Shown here: positions 48,799 through 61,420 of the stretch, piece by piece | How the letters are laid out: every line of letters starts with the position of its first letter | How positions within the stretch are numbered: position 1 is the first letter of the stretch | Notes under the pieces: generated by a model | The model's database searches: none | Told to the model about the DNA's origin: nothing | What the model saw: the letters and a program-made list of their open reading frames with translations, nothing else | Position numbers and translations under genes: made by a program | Assembly (NCBI GenBank): GCA_030295235.1 | Contig: AP026164.1 | Coordinates: 310,001-374,000 of the forward strand | From: Fistulifera solaris | Lineage: Eukaryota | DNA: 64,000 nt | Direction: 5' to 3'

Positions 48799-50871
48799 CT
48801 ACGCAAAACTACGTAAATACTCATCAATGCCTCCCTCGACCCGTCGTAGCTTACCTTCGTCGCCAATCAATGCGTAGCATTTTGCTTTCACGGCACGGAT
48901 AAAGTTAGTATCGTGACTGACCATAATAACTGTGCCATTCCAATGATTCAGACCATGGCAGAGCGCTTCGACGCTTTCTACATCAAAGTTTGCGGTCGGC
49001 TCGTCCAGAAAGAGTAGCTGTGGCGATGCGAGAAACGCTCCAGAAAGAAACAGCCGACATCGTTCCCCACCACTCAGGTACTTTACATTTGTTGTGGCTT
49101 GCTGAGGACTCAATCCGAACGAGGTTAACGAGCCTCGAATGTCTTGCTCGTTGAGCTTTGGAAATCGCTTGGCGAGGAACGAAATGCAGTTCTGCTCTTC
49201 GCTGGTCAAGGTACTTATGATGGAGTCCACGTGTTCCTGATCTAAAAAAGCCACGTCCACATTAAGGGCGTGTTTGACTGATCCTTCCTTGGGCTTTTCT
49301 AATTTGGCAAGGAGACGGAGCAAAGTGGATTTCCCACTGCCTGATTCTCCCAAAATGCAATAGCGTTCCCCTTCTTCAGCACAAAAATCGACACAGTCGA
49401 ATATCATGCCGTCCCTTTTCGTCGCGATGATCGTATTAGTCGTTGGGTTGGTCTCGTCTCTTTTCGGCGGGACGATAGGCATCGAAGGATTTTCGTATGC
49501 ATGTCCTAAATCTGTCGCCACAATTAACGGTTCATTCCATCGACTCGTCACATGTTTGAAGATAAACTGCACCGCTTTGTCAGGAGGAGAAGCGATGGAC
49601 TTTTTCGCCATGTCCAAAAGCTGAGTCGTCGATAAAGCGCGACGAGTCGATGCGTCCAAGGCATTGATGGAACCTGTTTTAATACCCGATCCAACACTTT
49701 GGTTCGTTCTGTGATGGCCGTGTTCATCTTTCTCAATTCCAGCCTTTTCAATCTTCCGCCGAACCACTGCTACCTTATTGTTCTTGCTGCGTTTCGGTTT
49801 AGCTTGCTTCTTTACATTTTCTAGCGTTTTAAGCATATGATTTCTTTTCTTTTCGAGGGCGATTACTTGTCGAATGGCATGCAAATCGTTTTGTCGTCTG
49901 TATATTCGATAAGAGGAGTAGTTTCCCGGGTAGTACAACAAGTTTTTCTCGAAGAAATCCATAATATAGTCGGCAACATCGTCCATAAGATCGTGATCGT
50001 GCGATACCATTAGAACTGTAGTTTGGTTTCTGGTGCTGACGAGTTCAATGAGATCCCGAAGCATGAGTAGACCTTGAATATCCAGACCGTTGGTTGGTTC
50101 ATCTAGGAGCAACAGATTCGACCGGCATACAAGCGGAATTGCTAAAATTGCTCGTTTTCTCAAGCCCGGTGATAGTGTCGATAAAGAAAGTGCCCAAAGA
50201 GTAGCGTCATGCAAACCAACGAAAACGAGTGCTTCCTTCATATTCTTTTCAAACTCGACTTCCGCTTGTTTCATGTCATCTTCCAGACGGGCCATTTTAT
50301 CAGCGATTTCTTCCACAGCTGCTTGATCCTCTTCTGAACTCATGTCCAATTTTTCCATTTCAGCTTCGAGCAAAGTGATTTCTTTCTCAGTGGATGCAAT
50401 CGACCTCTGAGAATAATGTTTCAGTAGCTCGATAGTCGTTTTCTGTGCGGCGTCCTCGATTTCCAGCGATTGGATTTCTTGCGGCAGAAACAACGTCGAA
50501 ATATGCGGAGGAAAGCCCGGGATAAGACCCGCTTGAATTCGTTTGAGTAAAGTAGACTTGCCACTGGCATTTCGTCCAATTAACGCATACACTTGAGCCG
50601 CCAGCAGCTTGAGAACAGCATCCTCCAACAAGATACGACCCGATCCTTGATTCGAGTTGCTTAAATATTCGAGCCGCACACCATCTACCAGAATATCTTT
50701 GGGCTGAAACGTTCGACGAGAAATCCCTCGACCGCCCTGTCCTCTTCCGCCCCAACTAATTTTGCCGTCATGTAGGGCGCTTTTGCAAAGGGCTTGTTGC
50801 CATGCGGTGGCGAACGTATCGGTATCATTTAACGATTCGAGCTGCGATTGAAGAACGGAAGCTGTGGGCAT
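48799..50871 (-). CDS. ABC-F family ATPase (two NBDs, no TM domain)
   Basis: Walker A motifs GRNASGKST and GESGSGKST, LLLDEPTNGLD, LSGGERCRL, VSHD and YYPGNY. Confidence 0.92.
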   Translation of the reverse strand: MPTASVLQSQLESLNDTDTFATAWQQALCKSALHDGKISWGGRGQGGRGISRRTFQPKDILVDGVRLEYLSNSNQGSGRILLEDAVLKLLAAQVYALIGRNASGKSTLLKRIQAGLIPGFPPHISTLFLPQEIQSLEIEDAAQKTTIELLKHYSQRSIASTEKEITLLEAEMEKLDMSSEEDQAAVEEIADKMARLEDDMKQAEVEFEKNMKEALVFVGLHDATLWALSLSTLSPGLRKRAILAIPLVCRSNLLLLDEPTNGLDIQGLLMLRDLIELVSTRNQTTVLMVSHDHDLMDDVADYIMDFFEKNLLYYPGNYSSYRIYRRQNDLHAIRQVIALEKKRNHMLKTLENVKKQAKPKRSKNNKVAVVRRKIEKAGIEKDEHGHHRTNQSVGSGIKTGSINALDASTRRALSTTQLLDMAKKSIASPPDKAVQFIFKHVTSRWNEPLIVATDLGHAYENPSMPIVPPKRDETNPTTNTIIATKRDGMIFDCVDFCAEEGERYCILGESGSGKSTLLRLLAKLEKPKEGSVKHALNVDVAFLDQEHVDSIISTLTSEEQNCISFLAKRFPKLNEQDIRGSLTSFGLSPQQATTNVKYLSGGERCRLFLSGAFLASPQLLFLDEPTANFDVESVEALCHGLNHWNGTVIMVSHDTNFIRAVKAKCYALIGDEGKLRRVEGGIDEYLRSFA

Positions 50872-51228
50872 TTGGTCGAGCAGTATGTAAGCGATTCAGC
50901 TGCCGGGTGCTTGAATTACAGAGATGGTAGTAAATGGGATTGTTCTTGAGGGCGTCAATAAATAAGGTATTTCTTGTTAAGAATAAAACGCCATCATGTA
51001 CGATTGATTTTCAGTCATGAACCATGAAACAAGTTCTAATTATAGTTGACGATGTCAATAATTGCTAGCATCAACAACTTTATTTCTTTTCCAGTAAGCA
51101 GACTAATGGTTCAAAGCTGGGTCGATGTCTCTGCATCACAATTTACTTTGTATGGCCCGCTCGAAGTTAACAAAGTTTACTGTCAAAACATGATTCTAAC
51201 ATTTGCGTCTCTTTGTCGATCCATTCGA

Positions 51229-52280
51229 CTACGAAAGCTCTCTACGCGGACCGGGTAAATATGGGGGACGATTGGCTGTCACCTTGATGCGTCGTTGCTC
51301 AAAATCAAGATCGGATACCCAAATTCGCACGCGATCTCCAACCTTCATAAACTCAGTTGGATGCGATCCCTTCGACCAACCAAACGCAGGATGGTCCATG
51401 AAGTGCAAGAAAGCATCCACTTCTGCGCCTACCTCCACATAAGCTCCAAAGTCGGTGATACGTTTGAATTCGCCCCACAATTCGTCATCTACTTGCATAT
51501 CCACAAGAGCAATCCGATTCTTTGCAAAGTCATCACTGGTCTCTTCTCTCAAAATGTCTTCCGGCAACATTGATAAATGTAATTTTTTCTTTTCCGCATT
51601 TATAGAACGAACGCGGACCATCACTTCATCGCCCGGTGTCAAAATCTGTTTGGGGTGTTCCACAAAGACGTCTCTACTTATTTGAGAAACGTGCAAGAGA
51701 CCGTCACATTCGGTTCCAATGTCAATATAAGCGCCAAATTTTGTTAGAGAAATCACTATACCCGTCACTTCCATACCAGGAATCAGCGCTGTCAAGGGTG
51801 TTCGATCATCGAAAGGTAAAGGACGCTGTACTTTTGCAGCCCGCTTCTTTTCTCGCTGTTGCTCTTTGACGAACATCATCATCCCTGTGTGTAACAAAAT
51901 GAATTCGAAATGAGGCTATGTTGATGATCTGTACTCCGAGTACTTGCATCGAGTTTTGACTTACGTCGTTTTTTGGTTTGATCCGATTCTCGTTTCTTTT
52001 TGTTGACAATCGCACGTTCTTGTCCAGCTTTCACCAGACGCTCTTTTACTCTCGGATTGAGTGAATCCCAGCGCGAGCTTTTGATTTTCTCTTCAACTGG
52101 TTGCACTTGTGCCGGTTCATCTTCTTCGTCATCGTCGGTCCAAAGTACGCTGATATCAGCATCGGTCGCTTGTAATGTCCTCAGTGTGGATGGCGCCATT
52201 CGGTGTGTACAAAATGGAGTAAAGGCACGGACTTGTGCGTGCACCAGAAGCAGGCACACAATAAGAACGTTATTCATCAT
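51229..52280 (-). CDS. Plastid-targeted tandem S1 RNA-binding domain protein; intron 51885-51964
   Basis: Signal peptide with VRA-F cleavage and two S1 domains (FGAYIDIG..DGLLHVSQIS; FGAYVEVG..DAFLH). Confidence 0.9.
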
Positions 52281-52699
52281 AGTCTTTACGATCGACCCGG
52301 ATGCGATTTGTTTTGATCAAGATTGTTATTTGATTGTATGAATACTTGTACCTGTCGATCGACTCAGCTGACTCGTTTTCATGTACGCCGATGGCGTTTT
52401 GTTCTGCGATGCGCTATGATGTGGACGAGTTGTTTGTTTATTTGAATTTGATGGGCGCCAGATGATATCCGTCTGTACTTTGTACGTTTGTCGACTATAC
52501 AGCAAAGCACGCGGACGATCCTGGGACTATCGTGAACAAACTTTTTTCGGTTGGTGCGTGACTCGACGACTCGTGAGCAAATTATGGTTGGTTTCCTTGT
52601 TAAGGTCGGCTACTAATTCGCATGTTAAGACCATTCACAAGCTTGCCATTGTCATCGATTATTTTATTTTAAAACTTCAAAGCGTCTATTCAGAAGCTT

Positions 52700-54374
52700 A
52701 ATTTACTAAACTTTAGTGCAAGACGTATAGTAACCACAAGGGTGGGTATTTCTGTTTTCTGACGTTTGCCTGATCTCGTTGTCACTTGACAATTCTCTTT
52801 TGCTTGTGTTCTTTCGTATCCAAGCCATACAGTGGCAGCTTGCGCAAATTGTGTGCCTCAACCCGATTCTCGTCAAAACGTGTCCCTACCGGATTTCTTT
52901 TCAAAAGAAAGATACAGATTTTTCTCCGAAAAATCTTATGATACGGTAGACGCCGTCATAGCGATGCAACACTTTTGCACCACCTTTTGTTTTCGAAAAA
53001 CTCGAATCGGAATTTTTGCGGAAAATTCACTAGCATGGCCCGGGCGCCGGATTTCAAGTTGGCCGTATAGACAAGCGCGTCAAATGTATCATCGTCGCCC
53101 TTGTACTCTCCCGACAAACTAATGGCTTCGCATCCGCGCTTCCTAGATCCACTCACACCTTGTTGCGTCCTGAAGAGAGAGTTCGACAATGTGAGACCTG
53201 CATGTAACATTTCAGACGAGTATGGCGCGACCAAGAAGTGTACTTACAAATGGTATCCATGTTGTATCATTTCTGCTCGAGTGTAAAGCTTTCCTTCAAC
53301 CAAGCCTTCCACACAATTACCAAAGGGCTTCGCCTTTAACGGTGGAGGTGGACGTAGATCGTATATTGGCGTACCAGTATCTTCTTTTAGGGTTTTTTGC
53401 AAGCCATCGCGGAAAATGACGACGACCCGTGCCTCTCGTGGATCGCTGCATCCGTCCTCCAAATTCTTCTTGGGCAGTACAGCATGAATGTAATTTTGTT
53501 GCATCAACCCTGATTAGAAGATTGAGTTAAAACAAGACAGTATTTGCATTCACACGACGCATAAACAGAATTTACCATCCATAAGGTAAGCGTCACCAGA
53601 ACCAGGAAAAATCTTGTATTCAGAGTCACCGTCTTCAGGACCTTTTTCTTTCACTTTGATGGAAACACAACGACCGCTTCGTGACGCATTGACAACAACA
53701 GCAAAAATTACCGACTCCCCTTGATTATCGTCCGCGTGATAATGAATTCTGTCATTCGAACCTCGGTAGTAGATGACGTTTGCCCCAATCCGAAAATCAC
53801 CGACTTGGCAGATTTCTAAAGCCCGGTCCCACATTTGCTCGATACCTTTCACTCGTTTTAGAGGGAAAGCCTTCATTTTAGCAACACGATAGTCGTAGCC
53901 CGGGTTCGGAGCCTTAAAATCATCTTTGGCTTGCTTGTGCAAAAGAAATTGTGCTCGAGGCTGATTCGTACTTTGTGTTTGATATACACGGAACAAGTCG
54001 CACTTGTTGAGCTCCCGTACTATTCCTCTTCGCTCTCTTTCGTCATTCAGCCAGCCGGGGTACAAGGTCAGAGTGCCTCCGCGTTGCAAAGGGATAGTGA
54101 TGGTATCGTTTTGCCACGTCTCTGGCTCGAAACTGCGAAAGGGCGACCACTCTCCTTTCTTACCATCAAAATGTCGACGCTGTATAAGAGGGGGTTGTGA
54201 CACTTTGACGGACGGTGCTTTCTTTGCGACAATTCTCTTCTTCTTCTTTTTGAGCGATGGCTTTTGGCATGCGGGGGCCGAGGAAGTAGGTCGGATCTTC
54301 TTTGCTGGTTTTGTGCATGACAACACGGCCGACTTCGTCAGTTTCTTCTTGCTACTGGTGGTCGGCGCCTTCAT
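52700..54374 (-). CDS. AlkB-family 2OG-Fe(II) dioxygenase fused to a C-terminal SRA/YDG domain; introns 53510-53575 and 53170-53247, homopolymer frameshifts in the last exon; 3' end approximate
   Basis: AlkB part: QPR, YDY, YYRGSNDRIHYHADD, GDAYLMDG.MQQNYIHAV and RVVVIFR. SRA part: FG..EGL..G..Y.R.E....GYH...GVSG...GCEAISLSGEYKGDDD...LVYTA...IPIRVFR...HRYDGVYRI...FLLKR. Confidence 0.85.
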
Positions 54375-54776
54375 GAGTTTTCCTAGACCAATCCCGCAAC
54401 GTTATTGGTCGATCCACGGGGCGCAACGGCGCAACGTGGTCATGAAGTTTGGATGATCGAGCATGGGTATTATGGTTTTTTCTTTTCTCCATTCGACAAA
54501 CACTTCACGAAAAATCTTTGACATGAATATAAGCCGTTTGTCAGAGTGCGCGCGCCGCGCGAATGAAAACATAGCTAGGGTTCTCCATAAACCGTAGCTA
54601 TACCAATAGCTATATTGTGCAGAATGCAACTTCATTGGCCGTATAACCTTTTTGTTGTTATACAATAATTACAAAATATTTATCGCTATCTTTTTTCAAA
54701 GACGGAGCGCAAATTCAAGAGATAGAATTGCACGTCACAGCTGGCTACAAATCTGACTTTCCTATCATCCATTCGC

Positions 54777-56839
54777 TCACTGGGATGAGTGCATCGACTG
54801 CCGTTGGATCAATTCTTGATATTTCGTGCATCTCTGCAACAATTCATCATGTGTTCCAGAGTCGATGATCCGGTGGTCATCCACCACAACGATTTGCTTC
54901 GCTCGTTTAATCGTCGAGAGTCGATGCGCCACAATCACCACAGTTCGCCCAACTACCGCCTTATCAATAGCTTCCTGCACGAGATGTTCCGACTCCGCAT
55001 CGAGTGCCGACGTAGCTTCGTCGAGCAGTAAAATTCTGGGATTTACTAGTAAGGCTTTGCGTACCAGGTAGATGAATCAGAAAAGTGTAAGGAATCATGT
55101 TCTGTTCAAAACGAGCAAAACTAATATGAGATTGCGTACCTCGAGCGATAGCTATGCGCTGCTTTTGACCACCACTGAGTTTTACCCCACGCTCACCAAC
55201 CATAGTATCGTATTGTTGTGGCCATTCCACAATGAAATCATGAGCATTTGCCTTCCGACTCACTTCCTCGAGTTCTTCTAGGCTAACTTCACGATCAATT
55301 CCGTAGCAAATATTCTCGCGAACTGTGAGTCCGAAGAGTTGCGGCTCTTGTTGCACGAAGCCGATATTGGAACGAAGCCACGATAAATCGAGATCTCTCA
55401 AATCATGACCGTCGATGCAGATCGCGCCCGACGACACATCGTAAAAGCGCTGTAATAATGCCACCACAGTTGATTTACCGGCACCCGAGGCACCGACCAA
55501 GGCCGCAGTCGAGTTGGCTGGAATGGTCAATGAAAAGTTTACAAGAACCGCACTCTCTGGACGCGAAGGATAGAAGAAGTTGACATTCTCGAATCGTATG
55601 TTTCCTTCCATGGCATCTGGTCGTAGCAATGGAATCGTGGGAACATAGTGATTGACGGTGATTATTGCCGGGGTCTCTTCTTCATCTCTCCCTGACTGAG
55701 ACTTATCAAGTGATGCATTTTTCTGTTCAACCGGAATTGGAATTGCTGGAACACGATTCAGTAGATACATGATACGACCTGAAGCACCTTGTGCTTCCAA
55801 TAGCTTGGATACGAAAGAGCTTGTTTGTCCCAAACCAGCACCAATGTAAAAGACATACGACTGGAAAGCTGTCAATTCACCTAAAGTAATTTCACCGTCA
55901 TTGACCAGTTTGAATCCGTACCACAAGCTGACGTACAAACATCCAAATCCAACGCCGAAAATTAATGTAAAGAAACCAGCTGCAACAATGGCTTTAAAGA
56001 ATCCAACTCGATAGGTTGTTGTTTTGTCTTGATCTTTTTTGTGAGTAGCCCACCAGAGTGGAAACTGATCCGGATCCCCAACGACTTTTTTCATACCGAT
56101 GCGCTTCGCGTTTCTCGGCCGCAAAGGATTGCACGGTCCTCATGGCACCTAGCACCTCCGTCGCGTGTCCTTGCGCCGTGCCCAACACATTTTGGTATTC
56201 ACGGCTCAACTTTCCCAACCATGTTCCGATGGGAATGCTGATACAAAACAGCACAACAACACATCCCAAGACGACGATCGCCAGATAGGCTGATATCCAA
56301 AACATGAGTGCCATACAAACGACTAGCTTCACCATCCCCAATATGACTTCTGGCAAGGCTTGACTGGTGCCGATTTGTAAAACAGCTGTGTCACTCGTTA
56401 GACGCGAAATCAATTCTCCCGACTGGTGTTCGTCAAAGAACGACATTTCTTGCTTCATCAACGAAACAAATAACAGATTCCGTAAACGAGCAACGACGCG
56501 TTCTCCCGCTACGCTCATCAGTGCCTGTCGAATGAATCCCAAGAAGGAACCGACGGAATGCACCACAAGAACGGTAATCATCGTACGAGAAATATCTTGC
56601 ATGCGATCGACGGCTTCCGGATCTACCAATGTATCGTAGGCATCGGCCAGTAGTAACGGATTCAATAACGGTGCACTCTCCGCGACGATCATTAGGAAAC
56701 AGGCAATCGCTAAACCAGGCCATTCGGGCTTCGCTAATCGCAGTAAGTTGGCTAGAGAAGGCGTTTCGGACGGTACAGCTTTGGTTTGGTTGAAGGCATC
56801 CGGATGATTGGGAGCTGAAGAACTTGCCGCTTCGCTCAT
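54777..56839 (-). CDS. ABCB half-transporter (TAP/MDL1-like); intron near 55063-55138, frameshifts
   Basis: TM domain with GERVVARLR...[14 protein letters not shown], then NBD motifs [37 protein letters not shown] and IAHRLST. Confidence 0.93.
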
Positions 56840-57464
56840 CGTTTATTTATTCAATGTAACTCTCTATTATGTATTGTGCTAGCTTGAAAATATGTTCTTT
56901 TGTGCTCATTCGTGTCGAAGAATGATGCATTTTTCCTTATTCACATCCTTTTTTCTTTTCTCGTCCATTTACTAGGTAGTGCCGGGACCCCAGATGAGTT
57001 AAGTCGGAAAATCGTAACTCCTCTCCTTTTTACGCCATAATGAACGCTTCATACAAACAATGAAAATACAAATGGAGCCGTCATCCACCGCTCTTCACGG
57101 TACCGACGACAATAGCATCTTTACAATGAAAGTAATTTTGGTGATCTGGCTTTCATGGTCTCAAGCAAAGCTCAGCTCTCTATAGGACACGCTATTGCTT
57201 GAAACAGAATTTTTTTTAAATTCCGGGACTGAAAACAAGCTGAGTCATCAGTCGATCCTCTTAAGACTACTCTTTGCAATGATGCGGACCTTCTGTCCGT
57301 CGTTTCGATACGTTTTAATCCCCAGAGCGCACAGCCCGTCAGCAGCAGCGTCGTCGGCAGTTGGCGAAAATTATTACATTTCGCATTTCAAGGAAAACAT
57401 TAGCAACAGTAAGCATAGGCAAACGAAAGTATTATACTACGTACCTTTATTACTATTATACGCC

Positions 57465-59127
57465 ATGAGAGCACGGAGCAGTTTCATCAACGTGCCTTGC
57501 ATCGAACCTTTGCATTGTCATCTAGTTTCGCGCTCGAAAAGTGGAGGCAGATTATCCGTTGACCATCAGAGCGTGGCGTCTTCGAGTGCATCGCGGAATG
57601 AATGGCAAATACTGAGAACGGCGAACTCGAGCTTTGTGTTTCAGGCTGTGGGGACAAATCACTTTCTTTGCTTGGAAGATGATGAAATTCTGGTCAAAAC
57701 GGTGCGTTCACTCGAAACACCGCAAGGGGAGAACAAGTTTCCGTCTTCCTTTTTGTGGAAGATACAGGCTCATTCCTCTATCGAAGGAGCTTTCTTCCTC
57801 GTTTCAGACGAAGGAAAGCCAGTCGCCTGTAATGCGAATGGAGTTCAAGTGTGGGAAAAGATTTCCGACTCTTCCAGTCTGGCGTGGTCGTTCGAATTCT
57901 TATCAGGAGAATTGGTTCATATCATTTGCCCCGTCTTTCAAAAAGCTGATCCAATGTCACGGAGTACTACCCGGTCCCCGGTTGAACACCAAATTTGGTG
58001 GATGGGAAACGTGGCGCTTGATTGAAGCAGGAAATAACACAGTCTATATTACTTCCTGGACACATGGACATGTCTTGGGTGCGAATGCTCAAGGAGATTT
58101 GGAATTGAGTAAACGATCGTCGCGCGACGAATGGGATCGATGGATCGTTATTCGAGGTACCAGTGGTGAAGGTGTCTACTTGCGTTCGATGAATGCCAAG
58201 CGCTATTTGGCCACTGATGGAACCATTTTGGATACCTGTCGCGAACGAGTTGCAATGCATTACACGACCATTTGGCACGTGGAGCCGCCAAATCGGAATG
58301 TCTATCATTTGCGTTCTCGAAGTCACGGGTATCTGAGCGTAAATTCAGAGGATCAGCTATGTATGAACAATGACGCCCATTCCAGGGGAGAGCATTTTCA
58401 GTTTGAGCGACGAGATGGCGGCAATGAAGGTGACTGTTTTGCGATCAAAAGTTTGGCCACTGGAAAATATATAGCACTCGACACCACAACAAAAGAGCTG
58501 TTTTGCAGTGAAATTAGTTACTGGTGGCATGTGGAAGAATATGACAGCCTCTCTCGAGGGCTAGTATTCATTACCAGCACAGATAGTACTCCACTTGTGA
58601 TAAACTGTGGTGAAGAAGGGAAGCTCGCTGTCTCGACGGACATTGCGTTTTGTGAGGAAAATGCTTGGCGCTTAGAACCACATCTTCCAGACTCTTTGAC
58701 GAAAGCACAATGCATCAGTGTGGGCGCAGTTATTACAGGAGGTGTCGCAGCAATGGTGGCTGCGCCGCTCGCCTTCACCGCAATGGTGGCGTCGATCGGC
58801 TTGGGATCACGAAGTGTGGCATCCAAGATGGACAACGCAATGATGGAAGAAGGCGCGCTAGCTGGCGGCTCGAACGAAGTTTTGCAAACGATCGGTGTAG
58901 CGCGATTGGGCTCTACGGGCAAGGGACGGTCATTGGTAAATAACGGCCCAGCTAGCGGATCCGGTGTATCAGGTACAACGGCTACTGCATTACTTCGTTC
59001 CGCAGAGAGTTCTTCTCAAAGTACGGACGACCACGGGGATTTTGCCGATGCGTCGCTGTTTGGATCGGCTGATCGACCCTTTTCGGATTGGAGGTATTGG
59101 GAAGATGTGGCTCGAGCCTCCCAGTGA
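57465..59127 (+). CDS. Beta-trefoil (fascin/ricin-B-like) repeat protein with C-terminal IFI6/IFI27-like Gly/Ala-rich membrane segment; frameshift near 57935
   Basis: Repeated [Y/F]xLRS..G.YL...(E)xW modules. C-terminal GAVITGGVAAMVAAPLAF...LGSRSVASKM...GALAGGSNEVLQTIGV. Confidence 0.65.
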
Positions 59128-59589
59128 GAAAGTAAGGGGTGGTATCCTTCGACATGCAATGCTTGTTTTTCTCAAAAAAAGTTGAAGCAAGATGATTTTC
59201 GGGGGCGAGCGGCGAGCAAACGAGCATGAATACGGAAGAAACGTGAAAGCGCGTCTTGTCGCGCAGTTCTTCGCATTTTGGGCTGACGACACAGTAACAC
59301 GCAACAGAGTAAGAACATTAGCCCGTAATGGCGGATTGATTTTCGTACCGCTTGGGCATCCATTGCTGGAAACGATTTAGTAGTTGTTGCGAGTCAATGT
59401 CTACAACTGTGCGAAAACTTTTGAAATGTAAAATCAAATGAGTGACATTGCGAGCTTCTGTCGTGCCTCTTATCTTCTGCTATTAAGCATCTCTTTATTA
59501 TGTAGACCCTACTTATTGATGTATTATAGAGTTGTTCGATTGACAATTAGGTCTAGATGAAATTTTCAATTTATGTGATCTCGAGATTC

Positions 59590-61054
59590 TCTTCACAGCG
59601 TCTTCTTCTCGGTTCTTAAGCAAAATCATCTCCGCCCGTCTCAGCTAACTGACCTAACTGAACAACTCCACATAATGTGTCAAGGTATTTGACAGCAGCA
59701 GTGCGGAGCGCTGAAAGTCTGTTGATGCTTGTTCGACCAAAGCTGTTGTTACTAGCGGTTTACGCTCTGGCTCCGATAGAGGCTTTACCACAAGATCCGA
59801 TGAGCCGCTGTAGAACTTGTTGAGGGAATAGAGCGTGTCGACGAGCAAGCCATCTGAAAACCATTACCACGGAAATCAGTCACTTCAACGTTCCTATGAT
59901 GCGAAAGAAAATCAACCAGATCGGAAAATTCAGAACCGAACGCTTCGTTATTCTCCACGTATACTCTGAGGCACCGAAAACCCTGGTGATGTTTTAAGCC
60001 GTTGAAAAGGGTTTTCAAGTAATCCTCACAATGATGCAAGACACCAGGCAAATCAAGAACTCTTAGGTTTTTGTTCGCAAGTGCTGCACGAATCATTTCG
60101 TGTATGACACATAATGGTAAACGAACGGGTTCACACTCAAACTTCAACTCCAAAAATGACCCAAGGAGGCTATTCGTCGCCAAAACAAAATGATAGTCTC
60201 ACTTGGAGCGGGCTCGTCGGAAAGCACTATCAGAGACAGGATACTTGCTATAATCTCGATACTTGTTCCGACTCAATCCAAAATTCATAGGAAAGGGAAT
60301 CTGCTTTAGCCAACACGAGCTCATTATCAAATAATAATGGTAACCCCAAATGTTCTATGGTTTCGACTTGTAATAAGCGTCGTAGATTGTCAACATTCAA
60401 CGGTAAATCATTGCTATACTGTTGCTCCAAAGTTAGCGAACCAAATGACGATTTACGGTCCTGAAGCGCATTAACGAATGCCGTTCCTCCATCTGCTAAA
60501 ACGCTGTCATTGTATTTGATCGTTACAGGACGCGGTCTTGTTGCTAAAGCAACAGATTGTGCAGCACTTAGAGCATTGTCCTGAAACTCCAAATACAATG
60601 ACGGGATTGCCTCGAAGATGTCCACGAAACATTGAGATTGAGCGGCACTCAAGTCAATCGGGGGGCCGCCTGTATTGTTCGCAATCAAAAGACGAGAAAA
60701 GTTCGACGTCGATCGTACCAGACTCAAAAAGAATGCAGCCGTCTGCGCCATGGCGTCGTGGGTACTACCAACGATGCACAAATGAACATCGCCTTCATCG
60801 AATCCACAATGCAAATGGTCAAAAACATCCCGCGGTCCATCATCAAAACCGCAGTTTACATACGTCAGCGTCTGATTATCCCGCCAAATAGCCAGTCTTT
60901 GCCCGAGTTTGCGAATCTCCTCCAAATTGCTGGGATCGCGCAGTAATACATACGTTTTCGACGCGCCTTTATAACTGCTTTACTCGGGCGAGCAACTGGA
61001 CTTCGGAATCTCCTCAAACACAGATTTGTCGAAAGATTGTTTGCAGTTTGACAT
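59590..61054 (-). pseudogene. Member of a diatom-expanded RNI/LRR-like family; multiply frameshifted (pseudogene or assembly errors)
   Basis: Collinear fragments 60248..60925, 59785..60183 and 59654..59848 (LSAAQSVALATR, DGGTAFVNALQDRKSSFGSL, ALLANKNLRVLDL, LVTTALVEQASTDFQRSALLLSN). From memory these resemble a Fistulifera multi-copy family. Confidence 0.6.
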
Positions 61055-61420
61055 GGCAAATAGTTCAAGTGAAGGAGCAGAAGCAAAAAAGATTTATATT
61101 TATTTATTTGTTGCAGCACATTCGCTCGTTTTTGTAATTGATGTGTCTTGCAGTACCAGGTATAATACCGCGAGGCAATTTTTTCGTTGCGTTCCGCATC
61201 CGGGGCTGAACCTGTAGTGGAACCTACAAGTAGTGTCTACTGTGGAGAACCTCTCCGACAATGCTATCATTCCAGGTGGAAGTCGTCGACGATAACCGAT
61301 AACCATCGCGTCCTCCAAACAAGCGCAAATCGACAATAGACTATAGAATCATCGATTAAAGCACATAATTCCTTTATACGCTACTGCAATCCTTTATCCC
61401 TTACACAGAGAAACACTGCA

